Below, piece after piece: positions 7,222 through 12,949 of a stretch of DNA of 12,949 bases; position 1 is the first letter of the stretch, and each line of letters begins with the position of its first letter. The notes under the pieces were generated by a model that was given only the letters and a program-made list of their open reading frames with translations, was not told the origin of the DNA and did no database searches. The position numbers and the translations under genes were made by a program. Source of the DNA: Octopus sinensis (taxonomy: Eukaryota); assembly GCF_006345805.1 (NCBI RefSeq), contig NW_021826423.1, forward strand, positions 1 through 12,949, given 5' to 3'.

Positions 7222-7455
7222 ATATGTGTTTGTGTGTGTGCTTTTGTGTCTATGTTTGATACCCACCCCACCACGCCCCACTGCTTGACAAGTACTGCTT
7301 GTTGGTTTGCGCCCAGAAAACTTAGCGATTCAGTAAAAGAAAGTGATAGAATCAGTACCACCAGGCTTTAGAATATAAGTACTGGGGTCGATCTGTTCCA
7401 CTAAATCCTTCAGTGCGGCGCCTTCCAGTGACTGAAATAACAGAAAGTAAAAGAA
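7222..7455 (+). mobile_element. SINE family A, 3' half (5'-truncated within the internal microsatellite)
   Basis: GCTTGACAA...AACTTAGCGATTC...GATAGAATCAGTAC...TACTGGGGTCGAT...CTAAA...GCGGCGCC...TGACTGAAA...AAAGTAAAAGA matches the 3' halves of the other copies. Confidence 0.8.
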
Positions 7456-7931
7456 ACTACGCATCTATGATGTTACAGACATTTTGAAGAGGTTAGAATG
7501 AATTAAAAACAATTACGTTCAGAATATAAACAACATGCAAAAGATAGATTATTTGTAAAAATAAAACTAGGCATTACAAAGAATTTCAATACCAAAAGTC
7601 TCTAAAAGAAATGCTTAGAGGTGCATTTGGTTGCACCCCTAATCATTATGAGAAATGTTCAACAGATAGGGTTGTGGAGTGCCAAAATCTAATAATCTTT
7701 CACATTTTATTTCCTTTTAATTATATCTCATTTCATTTATGTACTTTGTCGCTTATCGAACTTTTTTGTTTGTTTTCATACAAATATATCTACATGTGAA
7801 CTCGTAATACGTCCATTCATATATTGTATTATGTCGCTCATCCCTATCTCTCTTTGTCTTTGCAAACTTGTCTTTCACATCCTCTTGTGAAAGCTTCATA
7901 TTTTCTGCATCGCTTCATCGCTAACAAAAAG

Positions 7932-8052
7932 ATTATCATTATCAACAACAACATCCTCCTCCTCCTCATCATCATCATTATTATTATTATCATTCTTCTT
8001 CTTCTTCTTCTTCTTCTTCTTCTTCTTCTTCTTCTTCTTCTTCTTCTTCTTC

Positions 8053-8104
<52 letters not shown>

Positions 8105-8115
8105 GTTATTGTTAT
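7932..8115. repeat. Compound trinucleotide microsatellite (ATC/AAC/CTC/ATT/CTT)n
   Basis: Direct inspection. Confidence 0.95.
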
Positions 8116-8196
8116 TTTTATCATATCATTATATGTAAACCCCAATAAGTTGTGTCTGTCATTGTATTGTCCCCGTCATCCTTCGCCCTGGTGACA

Positions 8197-8228
8197 AATA
8201 AATGAAATCATCATCATCATCATCATCA

Positions 8229-8275
<47 letters not shown>
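8197..8275. repeat. (ATC)n(ATT)n tract, forming the tail/target of the adjacent retroelement
   Basis: Direct inspection. Confidence 0.95.
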
Positions 8276-8378
8276 GAGTGAGAGAGCAGTTCATGCCATC
8301 AAATTGACACTGGGGTAAAATATACGAAGCCCAGTATACCCATCATGACTACCCGTCTGATAAGGGTACACCAGGCAC
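8276..8378 (-). mobile_element. 103-bp 3'-terminal copy of the adjacent (TAA)n-associated retroelement
   Basis: Identical to 8395-8497 except for 3 substitutions; separated from it by 16 bp of (TAT)n. Confidence 0.9.
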
Positions 8379-8394
8379 TATTATTATTATTATT

Positions 8395-8948
8395 GAGTGA
8401 GAGAGCAGTTCATGCCATCAAAGTGACACTGGGGTAAAATATACGAAGCCCAATATACCCATCATGACTACCCGTCTGATAAAGGTACACCAGGCACATG
8501 CATCACAACCATATGTGCGCGACATGGTGATCTCATATCAAGATAAACAGCACATGACCTTGCAGGCGGGGCCCAGTTAGAATTATCTTCAGGTTGAGTA
8601 GCCCATCCTGCTCAAAAGGTCCCTGAATAAGGGTTGCTTTAGGATGTTGAACGAAACACCTATGTTTCCAGAGGTGAACCATTCAAACTCCAAAGAATCC
8701 CTCTCAACACATGGCCATGATGCTCCCCCACTACTTCTGCTCGTGATCAGAGATGCACGTATTGTCAGCCACTAAGGGACATGCTCAACTGGTTACTGTC
8801 AAGCAACTGACAAGCAAATCTGTGGTATTGAGCAGAATATTTGCTGTAGCCCATCTTTTATACCAAGACAAAACAATGTACATGATAACACTTCCAATCA
8901 GTTAAGATCAGAAGCCATGAGAGCCACTGCCTTGTACTGTATCAGGGC

Positions 8949-8950
<2 letters not shown>
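8395..8950 (-). mobile_element. ~556-bp non-coding retroelement embedded in (TAA)n; candidate Dong/R4-clade LINE 3' region or dependent non-autonomous element
   Basis: Complex sequence flanked by (ATT)n on both sides, with no long ORF in the ORF track and no TIRs. Orientation is inferred from the repeated terminal segment plus (AAT)n tail. The clade is inferred from the known TAA-repeat targeting of Dong elements. Confidence 0.65.
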
Positions 8951-8999
<49 letters not shown>

Positions 9000-9029
9000 T
9001 ATTATTATTATTATTACTATTACTATTAT
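8950..9029. repeat. (ATT)n microsatellite
   Basis: Direct inspection. Confidence 0.95.
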
Positions 9030-9030
9030 C

Positions 9031-9121
9031 AAAGCGGTGAGCTGGCAGAAGCCTTAGGACGCCGGGTGAAATGCTTAGCGGTATTTCGTCTGTCTTTACA
9101 TTCTGAGTTCAAATTCCCGCC
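9031..9121 (+). mobile_element. SINE family B tRNA-like head only (3'-truncated)
   Basis: AAAGCGGTGAGCTGGCAGAA...ATGCTTAGCGGTATTTCGTCTGTCTTTACATTCTGAGTTCAAATTCCCGCC matches the reverse complement of 2988-3078. Confidence 0.88.
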
Positions 9122-9453
<332 letters not shown>

Positions 9454-9761
9454 GAATATTGTTTTCGAATGATGTAGGTTTGGATATCTACCCTATTACA
9501 GTCAGAGCCACCCGTATTCTTTTTCCTATTCCTTCTCTTCAGCGAGGGAGTGGTTTGGGTTATCATTGCAGCGGTCGATTGTAATGGGTGTTAACAACTG
9601 ACCTTGTCCAAGTCCAATCAATATATTTTGCTTTGATCATTCTAATCGATGCCCACGTGATTCTTTTCTCTATTTTATTTGGTTTTTTATCACTAGACTC
9701 TTCTGGTTTTTATAACAGACTAATTATTTTATTGCAGTTTAAAGAGGGGATGATGGGATGT

Positions 9762-10045
9762 GAGAGAGAGAGGGGGGAAGGAGCGTCAGACTGAGAAATT
9801 GAGTGGAAGAGAGAGAGAAACTGTATGTGGGAGAGAGGGAAAGGCTGAGTGGGAGAGAAAGGAGCTGAGTGGGAGAGAGGCAGAGAGAGAGAGTGAGGTT
9901 GAGTGGTAGAGAGAGAGAGAGAGAGAGAAGGCTGAGTGAGAGTTAGAGAGGTTGAATCGGCGAGAGAAAGAAACTGGGTGGAGGAGAGAGGGGAAGGCTG
10001 AGTGAGAGAAAGAGAGAGACTGAGTGGGAGAGAGAGAGTCTGTGA
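9762..10045. repeat. GA-rich tract with a recurring (G/A)CTGAGTGGGAGAGA-like minisatellite core
   Basis: The TGAGTG motif recurs at irregular spacing between GA runs. Confidence 0.75.
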
Positions 10046-10109
10046 GAACAAGAATTCCGAAATAGACTGATAATGGTTAAGACTGTGGAATTGGTAGTAA
10101 GGGAGTAAG

Positions 10110-10237
10110 CTATATATATATATATATATATATATATTCACTCTACCTCTGGTATTTGAGTACTCTTTTTCCACCTTGTTTCACATTTATGTGCTTACTC
10201 TGGTATATATATATATAATATATATATATATATATAG

Positions 10238-10270
<33 letters not shown>

Positions 10271-10292
10271 TATATATAGAGATATATATACA
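10110..10292. repeat. (TA)n tracts with a ~65-bp spacer
   Basis: Direct inspection. Confidence 0.9.
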
Positions 10293-10294
10293 TA

Positions 10295-10429
10295 AACAAA
10301 GAAAGAGAGCAAAAAGTCAGAGAAGAGAGAGAAAGAGAGACGTATACAAAGAGACAGAGTGACAGAAATAAATAATGGGGGACTAGCAGAGTCAGAAGGA
10401 GTGAGAGGGAGATGAATATAAAGAGAGAA

Positions 10430-10481
<52 letters not shown>

Positions 10482-10712
10482 AGAATACGGAAGTTGATAG
10501 GTAACAAAATATGCAGAGACAAAGAGACAGAGTTAAAAAGAAAGATCAGCAGAGATAGAACAAATGGGACGGAGATGAATATAGTGAAGCAGGTGTGAGG
10601 GTTAGGCACGGAAAGAGAGAGAGTGAGAGAGAGAGAGAGAGGGAGAGAGAGAGGGAGAGAGAGAGGGAGAGAGAGGGAGAGAGAGAGGGAGAGAGAGAGG
10701 GAGAGAGAGAGT
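10295..10712. repeat. GA-rich low complexity with (GA)n and (GAGGGAGAGA[GA])n
   Basis: Direct inspection; source of the SLSP/SL ORFs. Confidence 0.9.
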
Positions 10713-10879
10713 TAAAAGGCTGAAATAAAAATAAAAATAAATGACACAACCGAGCCAGAAAGAAGTATTGAGAAAGAGAGAGGGGTAACAAATGGGGAGA
10801 AGAAGTTTAAAGCTGTTGTAGAGACATACATACATAGGAATGCAGACAGAGATAGGTACATATGCACTCGCGCACTTAG

Positions 10880-10884
10880 ACACA

Positions 10885-10924
<40 letters not shown>

Positions 10925-10958
10925 ACACTTACATACATAGGCATTCACACACATACAT
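10880..10958. repeat. (CA)n microsatellite
   Basis: Direct inspection. Confidence 0.92.
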
Positions 10959-11620
10959 AATAGTTGATGTGGTCAGTCCGTGACGTAGTGGCGACTTGTT
11001 CTGCGTAGGTGTATGAATCTATTTATCTATTTATGTAAAAGCCACTCAAATAACACATATTTACGAATAACCAAATAATACAGGAGGTTAAGTGGGCAAA
11101 ATTGGTGGCTGAAAAGAGAAAACGTAGAAATATGAAATAACAACAATGGGAGAATGTGTACAATGAAAGTATATACGCCAACAAAAGAGACTGATGAGAA
11201 TCTACTGTTTCAGGTCAAACTCTATATTATAAAGAAGAAAAAGGAATAAGAGAAGCAAGTGAAAAAGAAACTAAATAATATTGTATTTAAGTCCGTTTAT
11301 GTGCAGTGCATGTGTAAAATGGAAGTTATGGAGTGGGACAGTAGGACCAGAAGTAAAGTCAATCTGAGTTTCAGTGACAGTAAGTGGGAGAAAAATGAAG
11401 GGAGAAAGGGTGAGAATGAGAAATGGAAAGCATGAAAGCAAGAAAGAGAGGGTGGGAGAAAAGAAAGACCAGAGAGGAAAGGGGAAAAACTTGGAAAATA
11501 GAGAGAGTATCAATGAGAAAACATGCAGAGGCGAGAAAGTAAATATTGAAGTGCCGGATTCATAATATCGACATGTGTAGACTTTGTGTTGATAAAGTAT
11601 GGAGAGCGTGTAGGCTGTGT

Positions 11621-11654
11621 GCAGGCAGTGTAGAGGCAGGCAGTGTAGAGGCAG
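11621..11654 (+). repeat. 15-bp tandem duplication GCAGGCAGTGTAGAG x2.3
   Basis: Exact repeat at 11621-11635 and 11636-11650. Confidence 0.9.
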
Positions 11655-11799
11655 CGTTAGGTGGAGTGTAATGTTTGTGTTAGGAGGGTATAGGTAGTGG
11701 CGTCGAGTCTGGTTATTTAGTGTTGCGAAACTGAGAGGTGTGAAGGGGATCTTGAGTGACACTGCGTCACACAGAGTATGAAGGTACAGGAAATTTAAT

Positions 11800-11815
11800 A
11801 GTAGTGGTGGTGGTT

Positions 11816-11892
<77 letters not shown>

Positions 11893-11896
11893 GGTG

Positions 11897-11931
<35 letters not shown>

Positions 11932-11939
11932 GGAAGTTT

Positions 11940-11971
<32 letters not shown>

Positions 11972-12385
11972 CTAGTAGTAATAGTAGTTGTAGTAGTTGT
12001 GTTGTGTTGTTGTGTTGTTGTTGTTATTGTTGTAGTAGTAGTAGCAGAAGCTGCAGTGGTCGTGGGGAGAGGATCTGGCGGGTGAAATAAGACAGTTCGG
12101 TATGATGGTGTTGTTGATGTTGCTGGGGTGATGGTGGTGGTGGTGGTGGTGGTGATTGTGGCGGGTGGGATGCGGTGGGTGCTGTGGTGGTGGTGATGGC
12201 GATGGTGGTTGTGGTTGTGGTAACGGTGGTGACTGTTGTGGCTGTGATGGTGGTGGTGGTGGTGGTGGTGGTGCTTGCAGTTGTGGTAAATATGGCGGTT
12301 GTAGATGTGGTTGAGGTGGTGATTGTTGTTGTTGTTGTTGTTGTTGTGATGGTGGTGGTGGTAGTGGTGGTGGTAGTAGTTTGGT
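11800..12385. repeat. Large compound (GTA)/(GTG)/(GTT) trinucleotide array with a ~60-bp complex spacer near 12045-12110
   Basis: Direct inspection; source of the poly-V/T/H/P ORFs. Confidence 0.95.
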
Positions 12386-12557
12386 GCTGCAGCTGCAATC
12401 AAAACAGATGCAGCTGTTTTTGTTTACCATTTTCGTTAATCAATAACTAATAATAAGTAGGTTCTGTTGAAAGGTTTATACCGGAAATATGTATCGATAA
12501 CTGAAAAGATTCTTTAATAGCTATCGATCTCCTATTCTCCCTCACTCACCCTTTTCG

Positions 12558-12559
<2 letters not shown>

Positions 12560-12597
<38 letters not shown>

Positions 12598-12602
12598 CTC
12601 TT
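12560..12602. repeat. (CT)n microsatellite
   Basis: Direct inspection. Confidence 0.95.
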
Positions 12603-12659
12603 TGTTTCTTTGTTTCTTTATTTCTTGTTTTTTCTACCTTATCTTGTTCTTATCTAAGT

Positions 12660-12949
12660 ATACATCTATATCTATCAATATATATACATACCTACCTACC
12701 TACCTACATACATACATACATACATATATATAAGTGTGTGTGTGTATATATATATATGCATAAATATATGTATTATAGATATCAATATATATACATACAT
12801 GCATACATACCTATGTATATATATATATTATAAAAACTACATTTTATATGTATATATATATATTTTAAACTCTATATTATATATATATATTTTATATATA
12901 TTTATACATACATATATGTATTAATACGCATACACACACAGACATATAT
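12660..12949. repeat. (TACC)/(TACA)/(TA)n AT-rich low-complexity tract
   Basis: Direct inspection. Confidence 0.9.

Noticed and set aside
6547-7361. 136-aa and 153-aa ORFs with apparent transmembrane stretch
   Set aside because: Derived from SINE sequence plus GTT/GCT repeats.
7872-7893. 8-bp hairpin CTTTCACA/TGTGAAAG
   Set aside because: Short stem of a kind expected by chance in 13 kb; no supporting context.
9710-10954. SL/SP-rich minus-strand ORFs
   Set aside because: Translations of (CT)n-type repeats.
11271-11762. 163-aa minus-strand ORF and overlapping 63-aa K/E/R-rich ORF
   Set aside because: Explained by purine/pyrimidine strand bias; no domain recognised.
11756-12450. Poly-V/T/H/P/Q ORFs up to 211 aa
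   Set aside because: Compound trinucleotide repeat open in nearly all frames; no coding evidence.

Overview
This is non-coding, repeat-saturated eukaryotic DNA, either intronic or intergenic. It is most likely from an octopus (coleoid cephalopod); this is an inference from recognising the SINE/MITE families from memory, with no database search. I can support no protein-coding gene: almost all listed ORFs are artefacts of simple repeats. Supported content: (1) five full or partial copies of a bipartite tRNA-head/CORE-like SINE with an internal microsatellite (family A); (2) two copies of a second tRNA-derived SINE (family B); (3) two fragments of a probable third SINE (family C); (4) a 220-bp mariner-derived MITE retaining a decayed transposase C-terminus; (5) a ~556-bp retroelement embedded in (TAA)n with a tandem 103-bp copy of its 3' end; (6) a degenerate ~240-bp tandem repeat carrying CAGGTGTGGT arrays and interrupted by two SINEs; (7) a ~130-bp inverted-repeat pair bracketing ~1.1 kb; (8) many di-, tri- and tetranucleotide microsatellites. 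I found no clear novel biological system. The best leads are the inverted-repeat-bounded module, the TAA-targeted tandem element, the E-box-rich tandem repeat and the inverted SINE pairs as possible dsRNA editing substrates.
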